DNA of 64,000 nucleotides from Burkholderiales bacterium. Its GTDB lineage: Bacteria; Pseudomonadota; Gammaproteobacteria; Burkholderiales; JAHFRG01. Shown here one piece after another: positions 48,935-60,009 of this stretch; within the stretch, counting starts at the first letter, position 1; every line of letters begins with the position of its first letter. Made by a program: the position numbers and the translations under genes. Where the stretch lies: the NCBI GenBank assembly GCA_036522275.1, contig DATDGC010000020.1, positions 17,995 to 81,994 on the forward strand, written 5' to 3'. Under the pieces are notes generated by a model that had not been told where the DNA came from, did no database searches, and saw only the letters and a program-made list of their open reading frames with translations.

Positions 48935-49217
48935 ATCGGGGGCTGCCGCAATTATGTCCCCATCTGCGGCGCTGAGGTTTGGAAGGCAAGTTGGGGGATT
49001 CCGGCGAGCACTGTCTGAGCACGTGGCTGCAAAGCGGATCGTGCGAGTTGCGCAGCCGCCCAACTTGCCAACAAACCGAAGGAAGCCCTGAGCCAACGAA
49101 GGGCCGGCGCAGCGGGGCGGCTTTCTCTTTGGTTACTTTCGCTTGGCCGCGCAAGAGAAAGTAACCGGCTGTCGGGCCGCCCCCGACACAAACCACCAGC
49201 CGCCGGGCTGCCACCGG
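48935..49217. repeat. dispersed non-coding element, copy D (second module type)
   Basis: Homologous to the reverse complement of 23246..23431. Contains the hairpin GGTTACTTTCGCTTG-GCCGCG-CAAGAGAAAGTAACC (49131..49166). It abuts the metH stop codon. Confidence 0.75.
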
Positions 49218-52200
49218 CTAATTATCATATCCTAAGATCGGCGCGAGCCATTTTTCCGTCTCGGCCAGACTCATTCCTTTGCGGCGCGCATAGTCATCGG
49301 CCTGGTCCTTGCCGATTTTGCCTACTGCAAAATAGCCGGACTCAGGATGAGAGAAATAAAAGCCGCTCACGGCTGCGGCCGGCAGCATGGCGAAACTTTC
49401 GGTAAGCGTAATCCCGACTTCCGGCGCTTGCAACAGGTCAAATAACGCCCCTTTTTCGGTGTGGTCCGGGCATGCGGGATAGCCGGGCGCGGGGCGGATG
49501 CCGCGGTATTTCTCCGCAACCAGCGCTTCACTGTCCAGGTTCTCATCCGGCGCATAACCCCAGAACTCGCGCCGCACGCGCAGGTGCATGTGCTCAGCAA
49601 AAGATTCGGCAAGCCGGTCGGCGAGCGCTTTCAGCATGATGGCGTTGTAATCATCGTGCTTCTCTTCATACGCTATGACTCGCGCATCGATGCCGATGCC
49701 CGCGGTAACCGCAAAGGCGCCGATGTAATCCTTCACTCCGGAATCCCTGGGTGCGATGAAATCGGCGAGGCACTGGTTGAGATTGCCTTGCGGCTTGACA
49801 TTCTGCTGGCGCAGGTTGTGAAAAGTCATCGCCACTTTGGCGCGCGATTCGTCGGCATAAATCTCGATGTCGTCGCTGTTCACCAAGTTGGCGGGGAACA
49901 AGCCAATCACCGCATTGGCTTTGAGCCATTTTTCCTCGATGATGAGCTTCAGCATCGCTTGCGCGTCCTGGAAAAGATTGCGCGCGGCTTCGCCAACGAC
50001 TTCATCCTGCAAAATCGCCGGGTAGCGGCCCGAGAGTTCCCAGGTCTGGAAAAACGGCGTCCAGTCTATGCAGGACACAAGCTCCCGCAAAGGATAGTCC
50101 TTAAACGCTTTTAAACCGATGAAGCCTGGTTTTGGCGGCACGTAATGCTTCCATTCTGTTTTCAGGCCGTTTTTTCTCGTCTCAACGAGCTTGTGCAGCG
50201 GCTGGCCTTTCTTTTCCCTGTGTTGCACGCGCACCTTTTCATATTCCTGCTTGATGCCTTCAATGTAGCCGTTGCGCTGCTCATCGGAGAGCAGCTTGCT
50301 GCACACGCCCACGCTGCGCGAAGCATCCGGCACCCAGATGGTGGCCCCCTGGTAGCCGGGTTCTATTTTCACCGCGGTATGCACCCGCGAAGTGGTTGCC
50401 CCGCCGATCAACAGCGGGATGGTGAAGCCTTCGCGCTGCATCTCCTTCGCTACATGTACCATTTCTTCCAGCGAAGGTGTAATCAATCCTGACAGCCCGA
50501 TGATATCGGCCTGCTCGTCGCGCGCGGTCTGCAGGATTTTGGCGCAAGGCGCCATCACCCCGAGATTAATCACCTCGTAGTTATTACATTGGAGCACCAC
50601 GGAGACGATGTTCTTGCCGATGTCATGCACATCGCCCTTAACCGTGGCAATCACAATCTTGCCTTTGGGCTTTTGCGCTTCGCCTGATTTCCGCTTTTCC
50701 GCTTCGATGTAAGGCACGAGATGGGCCACCGCGCGCTTCATCACCCGCGCCGATTTCACGACTTGCGGCAAAAACATTTTGCCCGATCCGAACAAATCGC
50801 CCACCACATTCATACCGTCCATCAGCGGCCCTTCTATCACCTGGATCGGGCGTTGGTATTTACTGCGCGCTTCCTCGGTGTCCTCGATAATGTAAGCGTC
50901 AATGCCTTTCACCAGCGCGTGGGTGAGCCGCTCCCCGACGCTGCCTTTGCGCCACGACAAATCTTCAATGGCGGTCTTCGCCTGTCCTTCCACGGTCTCG
51001 GCGAATCGCACCAGGCGCTCCGCTGCATCCGGACGGCGGTTCAACACAATATCCTCGACCCGCTCCAGCAGATCTTTGGGAATTTCCTCGTACACGCCAA
51101 GTTGTCCGGCGTTGACGATGCCCATTGTCATGCCCGCCTTGACCGCGTGATACAGAAACACGGTATGTATCGCCTCGCGCACCGCGTCATTGCCGCGAAA
51201 GGAAAACGAGACGTTGGACACGCCGCCGCTCACCTTGGCGTGCGGCAGCGCGCGTTTGATGGCGCGCGTTGCTTCGAGGTAGTCCACGCCGTAATTGCTG
51301 TGCTCTTCAATCCCGGTGGCAATCGCGAAAATGTTGGGGTCAAAAATGATGTCTTCGGGCGCGAAGCCGGCCTCTTTCAACAGCAGATGATACGAGCGCG
51401 TGCAGATTTCGATTTTGCGCGCGAGCGTATCCGCCTGGCCTTTCTCATCGAAAGCCATCACCACCACGGCGGCGCCGTAGCGCCGCGCGAGACGCGCGTG
51501 CTTGATGAATTCCGCTTCGCCTTCTTTCATGCTGATGGAATTCACCACACACCTGCCCTGCACGCATTTCAGGCCCGCTTCAATCGCTTCCCATTTCGAG
51601 GAATCAATCATCACCGGCTCCCGCGAGATGTCGGGCTCGGAGGCAATGAGGTTCAAAAACTTCGCCATCGCCTGTTTGGAATCAAGCATCGCCTCGTCCA
51701 TATTCACGTCGATCATCTGCGCGCCGTTTACCACCTGTTGCCGCGCCACGCTCAGCGCTTCCCCATAGTTGCCATTAAGAATCAGCCGCGCGAAGGCTTT
51801 GGAGCCGGTGACATTGGTGCGCTCGCCGATGTTGACGAACAGCGAATCATCGCCGATGTTGAGCGGTTCCAGTCCTGACAGGCGCAGTATTTTCTTGATA
51901 TTCGGCACCACGCGCGGTGGAATGCCCTGCACCGCGGCATGAATCGCTTTGATATGCGCGGGAGTGGTGCCGCAGCAGCCGCCGACGATGTTGATAAAGC
52001 CGCTTTGCGCGAATTCCTTCAGGAAACCGGCGGTATCTTCCGGTCCTTCCGGAAAACCCGTAGGAGAAAGCGGATCGGGAAGACCGGCATTAGGATAGGC
52101 GCAGACATATGTGTCGGCAATATTCGACAATTCTTCGATATACGGGCGCATCAGTTTTGCGCCGAGAGCGCAGTTAAGCCCGATGGAAAGCGGCTGCGCG

Positions 52201-52955
52201 TGACGCACCGAGTTCCAGAAGGCCTCGGTGGTTTGCCCGGTAAGCGTGCGTCCGGATTGGTCGGTGATGGTGCCTGAAATCATCACCGGCACGCGGCACC
52301 GACCCGCCTGCGGGCCGATGACTTTGTTGCCTGCTTCGGCGGCTTCCAGCTCTTCGAAAACCGTCTCAACAGCGAAAATCGCCGCTTTGGCGTTGAGGGT
52401 GTCGAAAATGGTTTCAAGCAAGAGAATGTCCACACCGCCGTCGAGCAGGCCGCGCACGGCTTCGCTATAAGCCGCGACCAGAGCGTCAAACGTGATGTTG
52501 CGGAAACCCGGATCGTTGACATCCGGTGAAATCGAGGCGGTCTTGTTGGTGGGTCCCAAAGCGCCTGCGACAAAGCGCGGCTGGTCCGGTGCTTTGGCGG
52601 TGAATTCATCCGCCAATTCGCGTGCGAGTTTGGCCGCGCTCAAATTCAACTCGTAAACCAGATGCTCCAGGTGGTAATCCGCCTGCGACGGCGCATTGGA
52701 ATTGAAGGTGTTGGTCTCGATGATGTCCGCCCCCGCTTGCAGGTACGCGCAATGAATATCGCGGACAATCCGCGGCTGGGTGAGCGTGAGCAAATCGTTG
52801 TTGCCTTTGAGGTCGTGCGGAAAATCGGCAAAGCGGCTCCCCCGATAATCGCTTTCTCCGAGCTTGTGGCTCTGGATCATCGTGCCCATGGCGCCATCCA
52901 GAATCAGGATGCGCTGTCTAAGCAATTGTTCGAGTAGTGAAGCGCGCGTCTGCAT
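49218..52955 (-). CDS. metH: cobalamin-dependent methionine synthase
   Basis: 1245 aa covering the Hcy-binding, pterin-binding, B12-binding ([11 protein letters not shown]) and AdoMet activation domains. Confidence 0.97.
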   Translation of the reverse strand: MQTRASLLEQLLRQRILILDGAMGTMIQSHKLGESDYRGSRFADFPHDLKGNNDLLTLTQPRIVRDIHCAYLQAGADIIETNTFNSNAPSQADYHLEHLVYELNLSAAKLARELADEFTAKAPDQPRFVAGALGPTNKTASISPDVNDPGFRNITFDALVAAYSEAVRGLLDGGVDILLLETIFDTLNAKAAIFAVETVFEELEAAEAGNKVIGPQAGRCRVPVMISGTITDQSGRTLTGQTTEAFWNSVRHAQPLSIGLNCALGAKLMRPYIEELSNIADTYVCAYPNAGLPDPLSPTGFPEGPEDTAGFLKEFAQSGFINIVGGCCGTTPAHIKAIHAAVQGIPPRVVPNIKKILRLSGLEPLNIGDDSLFVNIGERTNVTGSKAFARLILNGNYGEALSVARQQVVNGAQMIDVNMDEAMLDSKQAMAKFLNLIASEPDISREPVMIDSSKWEAIEAGLKCVQGRCVVNSISMKEGEAEFIKHARLARRYGAAVVVMAFDEKGQADTLARKIEICTRSYHLLLKEAGFAPEDIIFDPNIFAIATGIEEHSNYGVDYLEATRAIKRALPHAKVSGGVSNVSFSFRGNDAVREAIHTVFLYHAVKAGMTMGIVNAGQLGVYEEIPKDLLERVEDIVLNRRPDAAERLVRFAETVEGQAKTAIEDLSWRKGSVGERLTHALVKGIDAYIIEDTEEARSKYQRPIQVIEGPLMDGMNVVGDLFGSGKMFLPQVVKSARVMKRAVAHLVPYIEAEKRKSGEAQKPKGKIVIATVKGDVHDIGKNIVSVVLQCNNYEVINLGVMAPCAKILQTARDEQADIIGLSGLITPSLEEMVHVAKEMQREGFTIPLLIGGATTSRVHTAVKIEPGYQGATIWVPDASRSVGVCSKLLSDEQRNGYIEGIKQEYEKVRVQHREKKGQPLHKLVETRKNGLKTEWKHYVPPKPGFIGLKAFKDYPLRELVSCIDWTPFFQTWELSGRYPAILQDEVVGEAARNLFQDAQAMLKLIIEEKWLKANAVIGLFPANLVNSDDIEIYADESRAKVAMTFHNLRQQNVKPQGNLNQCLADFIAPRDSGVKDYIGAFAVTAGIGIDARVIAYEEKHDDYNAIMLKALADRLAESFAEHMHLRVRREFWGYAPDENLDSEALVAEKYRGIRPAPGYPACPDHTEKGALFDLLQAPEVGITLTESFAMLPAAAVSGFYFSHPESGYFAVGKIGKDQADDYARRKGMSLAETEKWLAPILGYDN

Positions 52956-52971
52956 GATAAAATTCGTCGCA

Positions 52972-53011
52972 ATAAAAACAAAAAACCCGTGCTGCTTAAC
53001 GCGGACGGGTT
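52972..53011 (-). terminator. intrinsic terminator downstream of the VIT-family gene
   Basis: The minus strand reads AACCCGT-N14-ACGGGTT, followed by TTTTGTTTTTATT. Confidence 0.6.
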
Positions 53012-53121
53012 GTGTCTCGCTTTAGCAGTATTTGTTAAGCGCCCGCAAGCTGAAATCAAATCGGCGCAGTTAGGGCAACAAATTACCTTGTAGTCTCGGC
53101 CTTGTCAACTTTCATTAAGTT

Positions 53122-54177
53122 TCAGGCAAGACTGACGCCCAGCAATTTGCCGATCAGGTAGGTTGCGCCTCCGGCTGCGGCGCCAATGACCAGCATGCGC
53201 GAACCGCTGAAAAGCGCGTGGCGGCCGGTGAAGAGGCTCAATACCGCGCCGACGATGAAGAGCGAGACCGCGCTGAGCACAATGGAAAGGAAAAGACTTT
53301 TGTCGCCGGCGGCAAACAGAAAAGGCAAAACCGGAATGGCGCTGCCGAAAGCAAAAGAAAAGAAAGAAGACAGCGCAGCGCCGCGAGGCGAGCCGAGATC
53401 TTCCGGATTGAGCCCCAGTTCTTCGCGTGCCAGCGTATCCAGCGCTTTCTCCGGATCGGTCAAAACGCCTTCCGCGAGGCGTTGCGCTTCGCTTTTCGGT
53501 AAGCCGCGCGCCTCGTAAATCAGCGCAAGTTCCGCCGCTTCCTCCTCAGGATATTGCTCGAGCTCTTCGCGCTCAAGCCCGATTTGGTACTCATACATTT
53601 CGCGCTGTGAGCGTACCGAAACATATTCCCCGGCCGCCATGGAAAACGCTCCGGCAAGCAGCCCTGCAATACCTGAAAGCAGGACCACGGCATTATCCGC
53701 GGTCGCACCCGCCACCCCCAAAATCAGGCTGGCGTTCGACACCAGGCCGTCATTCACGCCGAACACCGCGGCACGCAGATTTCCGCCGCTTCCCACCCCG
53801 CGATGGCGGCGGCCGACTTCTTCGAGGCTCAGCGGCATCGCATGGCCGGGTTCATCCTTGGTGTAAAGCGACATGCCTCGCACTTTCATCGCCGCAAGCG
53901 CCGGGCGCATGCGGCGCGGACCTAATAACTTCAGGAGAAAAGCGACCACCCGCGTACGCAGATCGGGCGTGTATCCTTGCGGGACGTTGACGTTATCGCC
54001 GCCGTCGCGGATTATTTGCGCCCAAATCAGCGCCTGCTTTTCGGCAGCGTCCGCAAGTTCCAGAAAAAGCGCCTGGCGAGAACTCCCCGCTTCAGCTGCG
54101 GCCACTAAACGATAAAGATGGGCGGAGCGCTTTTCCTCGCGCCAGTTTTCTACAACACCCGCGGCGTTCTTGGCCAT
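53122..54177 (-). CDS. VIT1/CCC1-family iron/manganese transporter with an N-terminal ferritin-like domain
   Basis: N-terminal helical EKRSAHLYR...EK.A..WA domain. C-terminal VIT body (FGVNDGLVSN, 5 TM helices). Confidence 0.8.
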   Translation of the reverse strand: MAKNAAGVVENWREEKRSAHLYRLVAAAEAGSSRQALFLELADAAEKQALIWAQIIRDGGDNVNVPQGYTPDLRTRVVAFLLKLLGPRRMRPALAAMKVRGMSLYTKDEPGHAMPLSLEEVGRRHRGVGSGGNLRAAVFGVNDGLVSNASLILGVAGATADNAVVLLSGIAGLLAGAFSMAAGEYVSVRSQREMYEYQIGLEREELEQYPEEEAAELALIYEARGLPKSEAQRLAEGVLTDPEKALDTLAREELGLNPEDLGSPRGAALSSFFSFAFGSAIPVLPFLFAAGDKSLFLSIVLSAVSLFIVGAVLSLFTGRHALFSGSRMLVIGAAAGGATYLIGKLLGVSLA

Positions 54178-54810
54178 TTATTGTCTCCATGACGTCAGGT
54201 TCACTTGGAGCCGACCGATAGGCGCGTTTTGCACGGGATAATCATCCACTATCCACCCAATCGTTGCATTTTTGTTCACTTTCAGAAGCGTCGCCTGATT
54301 GAGCAAAGCTGTCGTGGTATAAATAACCATAAATCTTTCACCGGCTGCGCGCGGGTTCATGGCTATTTCCATCTCCAGCCAGGCGTGATTCATGCTATTA
54401 CCCGAATTAATTGGAATCACAATACCGTTATCCACCTTTCGCGTGACATGATAGTCCGCATCGAGAAACATCACCACAGGACTGAATATGTACGGCTCTC
54501 CGGAGCGCTTTTCCTTGTCGACGAAATAACTGCTGACAATAACAAAATACGGTTTTGCTGCTACCGGCAGGCTGAAAGCCTTGAAATAGCTCTTGCCGCC
54601 ATCGAACAGAAAGGCGGTGCTGCTGCGGTCTATCGTGGCGCTTTCGGTTGCACCAAGCTTGAGCGGCTGGAAATAAAACTGCTCGTAGCTCGCGCAGCAC
54701 ACCGCCGCTGTTTCGAGATCGCTTTTGACCGGATCCACAGGCTTATCCGATGCACAGGAAGATACCAAGACACACGCGAATAGCAGGATAATGAGCATTG
54801 TTTTTTTCAT
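54178..54810 (-). CDS. lipoprotein, possibly MalM-family
   Basis: Lipobox LVSSCAS. Loose resemblance to MalM (CC.S...F.F..L; ..MVIYTT). The stop abuts the VIT start (TAAATG). Confidence 0.4.
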   Translation of the reverse strand: MKKTMLIILLFACVLVSSCASDKPVDPVKSDLETAAVCCASYEQFYFQPLKLGATESATIDRSSTAFLFDGGKSYFKAFSLPVAAKPYFVIVSSYFVDKEKRSGEPYIFSPVVMFLDADYHVTRKVDNGIVIPINSGNSMNHAWLEMEIAMNPRAAGERFMVIYTTTALLNQATLLKVNKNATIGWIVDDYPVQNAPIGRLQVNLTSWRQ

Positions 54811-54848
54811 AAGGCCAACTTTAGGGGGATATCAGGCTCGCAGTCAAA

Positions 54849-56354
54849 TCAACCCCCGGTGCGGTCGAAGAAACGCCGGTATTGCACGGCTTCCGCCACA
54901 TGAGTGGCAATGATATGCGGCGCTTCAGCCAAATCAGCGATACTGCGCGCGACTTTCAAAATCCGGTGATACGCGCGCGCGGAGAGGCTCAAGCGGCTGA
55001 TCGCTTGCTTCAGCAATTCCAGGCCTTGGGAATCGGGTATGCAAATGCGGTCGATTTCTTTGGTGGCAAGCTGTGCATTAGGCTTGCCCTGACGCGCCAG
55101 CTGCTGCTGATAGGCCGCTTCGATGCGCGCCTTGATGGCGCTGGAAGGCTCGCCGCTTGCATGCCGGGTCAGTTCTTCTTCAGGCACCGCGGGGACTTCG
55201 ATTTGAATGTCTATGCGATCGAGCAGCGGCCCGGAAATCTTGCTTCGGTAACGCGCCACCTGATCAGGCGTGCATCTGCACTTGCCGCTGAAATGCCCCA
55301 GATACCCGCACGGGCAGGGATTCATCGCTGCAATCAACTGGAACTGCGCCGGGAAATCCGCCTGGCGCGCGGCGCGCGAGATGGTGATGCGCCCCGATTC
55401 CAACGGCTCGCGCAGCACTTCCAATACTTTTCTATCGAACTCGGGCAGTTCATCGAGGAACAACACACCGTGCAGCGCCAGCGAAATCTCGCCGGGCCGC
55501 GGATTGCCGCCACCGCCCACCAGTGCAACCGCTGAAGCGGTGTGATGCGGGGCGCGGTAGGGCCGTTTTTTCCAATTCTCGATCTTAAAACCGCCGCTCG
55601 CCAGCGACTGGATCGATGCCGATTCAAGCGCCTGCTCTTCGGTCATCTCCGGCAAAACACCCGGAAAACGCGCAGCCAGCATGCTTTTCCCCGTGCCGGG
55701 CGGCCCCACCATCAGCACGCTATGACCTCCGGCTGCCGCGATTTCCAGCGCGCGCTTGGCGTGCGCCTGGCCTTTTACTTCCTGCATATCGTCATAGCTC
55801 GGTGCTGCAGCCTGAAGTTTTTCCACATGGCGCTTAAGCGGCTCGTGCCCATTGAAATGCGCGCATACCTGCAGGAGCGAAGTCGCCGGATAGACTTCAG
55901 CCTCTTCAACCAGCGCAGCTTCGGCAGCGTTCTCCAACGGCAGGATAAATGCACGGCCAGAGCGGGAGGCGCAATAGGTCATCGCCAATGCGCCGCGTAT
56001 CGGGCGCAGCTCGCCGGTCAATGCGAGTTCTCCAGCGAGTTCATAATCCGCGAGCTTGCCGGAAGGAATTTGATGGGATGCGGCAAGTATTCCCAAGGCA
56101 ATCGGCAAATCGAAACGCCCGCTCTCCTTGGGAAGATCCGCCGGCGCCAAATTTACCGTAATGCGCCTTGCAGGAAACTGGAAGCGGCAATTCAACAGCG
56201 CCGCACGCACGCGGTCTTTGCTTTCCTTCACTTCGGCTTCTGGCAGGCCGACGATGGTAAAGCTTGGCAAACCTGAGCCAAGATGCACTTCCACGGTAAC
56301 TAGCGGCGCTTCCATACCAGCAAGCGCACGGCTGTAGAGGACGGCAAGGCTCAT
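54849..56354 (-). CDS. comM: YifB/ComM-family Mg-chelatase-like AAA+ ATPase
   Basis: MSLAV.YSRA..G..A..V.VEVHL..GLP.F.IVGL, GPPGTGKSMLA and GVLFLDELPEF. Confidence 0.9.
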   Translation of the reverse strand: MSLAVLYSRALAGMEAPLVTVEVHLGSGLPSFTIVGLPEAEVKESKDRVRAALLNCRFQFPARRITVNLAPADLPKESGRFDLPIALGILAASHQIPSGKLADYELAGELALTGELRPIRGALAMTYCASRSGRAFILPLENAAEAALVEEAEVYPATSLLQVCAHFNGHEPLKRHVEKLQAAAPSYDDMQEVKGQAHAKRALEIAAAGGHSVLMVGPPGTGKSMLAARFPGVLPEMTEEQALESASIQSLASGGFKIENWKKRPYRAPHHTASAVALVGGGGNPRPGEISLALHGVLFLDELPEFDRKVLEVLREPLESGRITISRAARQADFPAQFQLIAAMNPCPCGYLGHFSGKCRCTPDQVARYRSKISGPLLDRIDIQIEVPAVPEEELTRHASGEPSSAIKARIEAAYQQQLARQGKPNAQLATKEIDRICIPDSQGLELLKQAISRLSLSARAYHRILKVARSIADLAEAPHIIATHVAEAVQYRRFFDRTGG

Positions 56355-56363
56355 GAATTAAAT

Positions 56364-56439
56364 GGACAGGATTAACAGGATTAACAAGAAAACCTTAATT
56401 TTATCCTGTGAATCCTGAAACAATCCTGTTAGTCCTGTC
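56364..56439. repeat. tandem-repeat-armed hairpin H5 (ubiK-comM spacer)
   Basis: Left arm GGACAGGATTAACAGGATTAACAAG. Right arm ATCCTGTGAATCCTGAAACAATCCTGTTAGTCCTGTC. The outer 18 nt pair at 17/18 positions. Confidence 0.8.
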
Positions 56440-56689
56440 TATTGGTTTTTTTCTGCAGCAAGGCCTCTTCCAGTTTGGCCACGCGCTTTTCCATTTCGGT
56501 AAGTTTCTCGCGGGTGCGCTTCAAGACTTCCTGCTGCACGTCGAATTCTTCACGGGTAATCAGATCGAGGCGGGCGAACAGCGAAGCAAACAGCGCACGG
56601 GCGTTTTTTTCAATATCCTTCGCCGGGCTTTGCGCGAGGACTTCGCTCACCTTTTTGCTCATCTCATCCAGAATTTTCGGATTCAGCAT
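56429..56689 (-). CDS. ubiK: ubiquinone biosynthesis accessory factor UbiK (YqiC/BMFP family)
   Basis: ARLDLITREEFDVQQEVL.RTREKL..LE.RV..LE. ATG at 56689; the longer ORF start is upstream in the porin regulatory region. Confidence 0.7.
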   Translation of the reverse strand: MLNPKILDEMSKKVSEVLAQSPAKDIEKNARALFASLFARLDLITREEFDVQQEVLKRTREKLTEMEKRVAKLEEALLQKKTNRQD

Positions 56690-56736
56690 ATTTCTCCTTT
56701 GCCTTATCAGGAAAGTGTAGCAAATTTGCCGCTCCA

Positions 56737-56757
56737 TGCGCACCGTATCTGTGCGCA
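56737..56757. promoter_or_regulatory. NtrC-like enhancer palindrome
   Basis: TGCGCAC-CGTATCT-GTGCGCA, with GCAC-N7-GTGC spacing as in TGCACC-N5-GGTGCA. A further TGGTGCA half-site is at 56780..56786. Confidence 0.45.
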
Positions 56758-56847
56758 GCTCTTTTAATCGGCTTTAAAGTGGTGCACGTTTTTTTCCGGC
56801 AATCTGCATTAGGCGAGTAACCGACTGATTCGCATGACAATTAAATC

Positions 56848-56863
56848 TGGCACAGGCCATGCT
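56848..56863 (+). promoter_or_regulatory. sigma-54 promoter upstream of porin-glnK-amtB
   Basis: TGGCACAGGCCATGCT matches TGGCAC-N5-TTGCW (-24 GG and -12 GC correctly spaced). It lies 48 nt upstream of the porin ATG. Confidence 0.65.
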
Positions 56864-56910
56864 AGAGCATACCTGCAGTTTTACGTTCCCATTCAACATA
56901 AGGAATCAAA

Positions 56911-58478
<1,568 letters not shown>

Positions 58479-58488
58479 GGAGAACAGC

Positions 58489-59895
58489 ATGAAACGCATA
58501 CTTACCTCTCTGCTTTTATTTGCAGCGCTGAACTTCAGCGGTCTATCGCTGGCAGCCGATGAGCAAAAGGCGCCTGAAGCCGCGCCAGTTGCAGCTGCTG
58601 CTCCGGGCGCTGCGCCTGCCGCTCCTGCAGCGCCCACTGCGCCTGTGGTGGTCAATGTCGACAAAATCAATTCCGGCGACACGGCGTGGATGCTGGCTTC
58701 AACCGCGTTGGTGCTGATGATGACCATCCCCGGGCTTGCTCTCTTCTACGGGGGCATGGTGCGCAAGAAAAACGTGCTGGCGACGGTGATGCAAAGCTTT
58801 GCCGTCACCTGTCTGGTGACAGTGGTGTGGATGGTTATCGCCTACAGTCTTGCCTTTACACCAGGGAGTACGCCTTATTTTGGCAGCCTCAGCCGCCTGT
58901 TCCTGAATGGCATGATTTTTCAGAACGGCTCTAAGGTCGCGGTCTCGCACTTGGGGCTTACCGTTCCCGAATCGGTGTACATGTGCTTCCAAATGACTTT
59001 CGCCATCATTACGCCGGCGCTGATTTGCGGCTCGTTCGCCGACCGCATGAAATTTTCTGCATTGCTGTGGTTTATGGGCATTTGGCAGGTGTTGGTGTAC
59101 TCAACCATCGCGCACTGGGTGTGGGAGCCTTCGGGCTGGCTCGCCGTCTTGGGCGTGCTCGACTTTGCGGGCGGCACGGTGGTGCATATCAATTCCGGTA
59201 TCGCGGGTCTCGCCGCGGTGTTGGTGCTGGGCAAACGCGTGGGTTATGGCAAGGAAGCCATGCCTCCGCATAACCTGGTGCTCACCGTCATCGGCGCATC
59301 TTTGCTGTGGGTGGGTTGGTTCGGCTTCAACGCCGGTTCCGCGGTGGCGGCTGACGGCCGTGCCGGCATGGCAATGGCGGTGACCCAAATCGCCACCGCA
59401 ACGGCGGCGCTCTCCTGGATGTTCACAGAGTGGATCGTCAAGGGCAAACCCTCCGTTCTCGGCATCTGCTCAGGTGCGGTGGCGGGGCTGGTGGCTATCA
59501 CACCAGCTTCAGGCTTCGTCGCGCCGATCGGCTCGCTTTGGATCGGAGTCGCAGCGGGTGTGTTCTGCTTCTTTGCTTGCACCACGGTCAAAAATATGCT
59601 CGGCTACGACGATTCGCTGGATGCCTTCGGGGTGCACTGCGTAGGCGGCTTTACCGGTGCGATTCTCACCGGCGTGTTCGCAGTGAAGGACATCGGCGGT
59701 ACCGCCGGCGTGCTGGAAGGAAATCCCGGGCAGTTGCTCATACAGTTCATCGGCGCTTCTTCGACTCTCATTTTCAGCTTCGTCATGAGCTTCATCATCT
59801 TCAAGGTGCTCGATATGGTGATGGGCATAAGGGTCACCGAAGAACAGGAACGCGAAGGGTTGGATATCGCCCTGCACGGCGAGCAAGTGTTGTAA
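58489..59895 (+). CDS. amtB: ammonium transporter AmtB
   Basis: Signal peptide, then DTAWML, GGTVVHINSG and FGVHCVGG. Confidence 0.93.
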   Translation: MKRILTSLLLFAALNFSGLSLAADEQKAPEAAPVAAAAPGAAPAAPAAPTAPVVVNVDKINSGDTAWMLASTALVLMMTIPGLALFYGGMVRKKNVLATVMQSFAVTCLVTVVWMVIAYSLAFTPGSTPYFGSLSRLFLNGMIFQNGSKVAVSHLGLTVPESVYMCFQMTFAIITPALICGSFADRMKFSALLWFMGIWQVLVYSTIAHWVWEPSGWLAVLGVLDFAGGTVVHINSGIAGLAAVLVLGKRVGYGKEAMPPHNLVLTVIGASLLWVGWFGFNAGSAVAADGRAGMAMAVTQIATATAALSWMFTEWIVKGKPSVLGICSGAVAGLVAITPASGFVAPIGSLWIGVAAGVFCFFACTTVKNMLGYDDSLDAFGVHCVGGFTGAILTGVFAVKDIGGTAGVLEGNPGQLLIQFIGASSTLIFSFVMSFIIFKVLDMVMGIRVTEEQEREGLDIALHGEQVL

Positions 59896-59920
59896 ACGTC
59901 ATAACAAGAAGTTCTCCTGA

Positions 59921-59948
59921 AGGGGCGCGCAAGCGCCCCTTTTTTTTC
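59921..59948 (+). terminator. intrinsic terminator after amtB
   Basis: AGGGGCGC-GCAA-GCGCCCCT, followed by T9. Confidence 0.85.
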
Positions 59949-60009
59949 GCCCGCATGGCCGTGCGCATTCCGTTACAATAGTCTTTCCTTTCTCAAAGCT
60001 GCATTTTCC

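Noticed and set aside
48831-49214. 127-aa and smaller ORFs across repeat copy D (peptides such as FFLLRGQAKVTKEKAAP / VTFAWPRKRK).
   Set aside because: The same hairpin-derived peptide appears in copy B (FFLVTFSWPSKKK). These are translations of the GGTTACTTT..AAAGTAACC palindrome, not genes.
52956-53121. Possible cobalamin riboswitch or other leader upstream of metH.
   Set aside because: I could not find a B12-box-like sequence, and B12-dependent MetH is not normally riboswitch-controlled. The only clear structure is the terminator of the upstream VIT gene.
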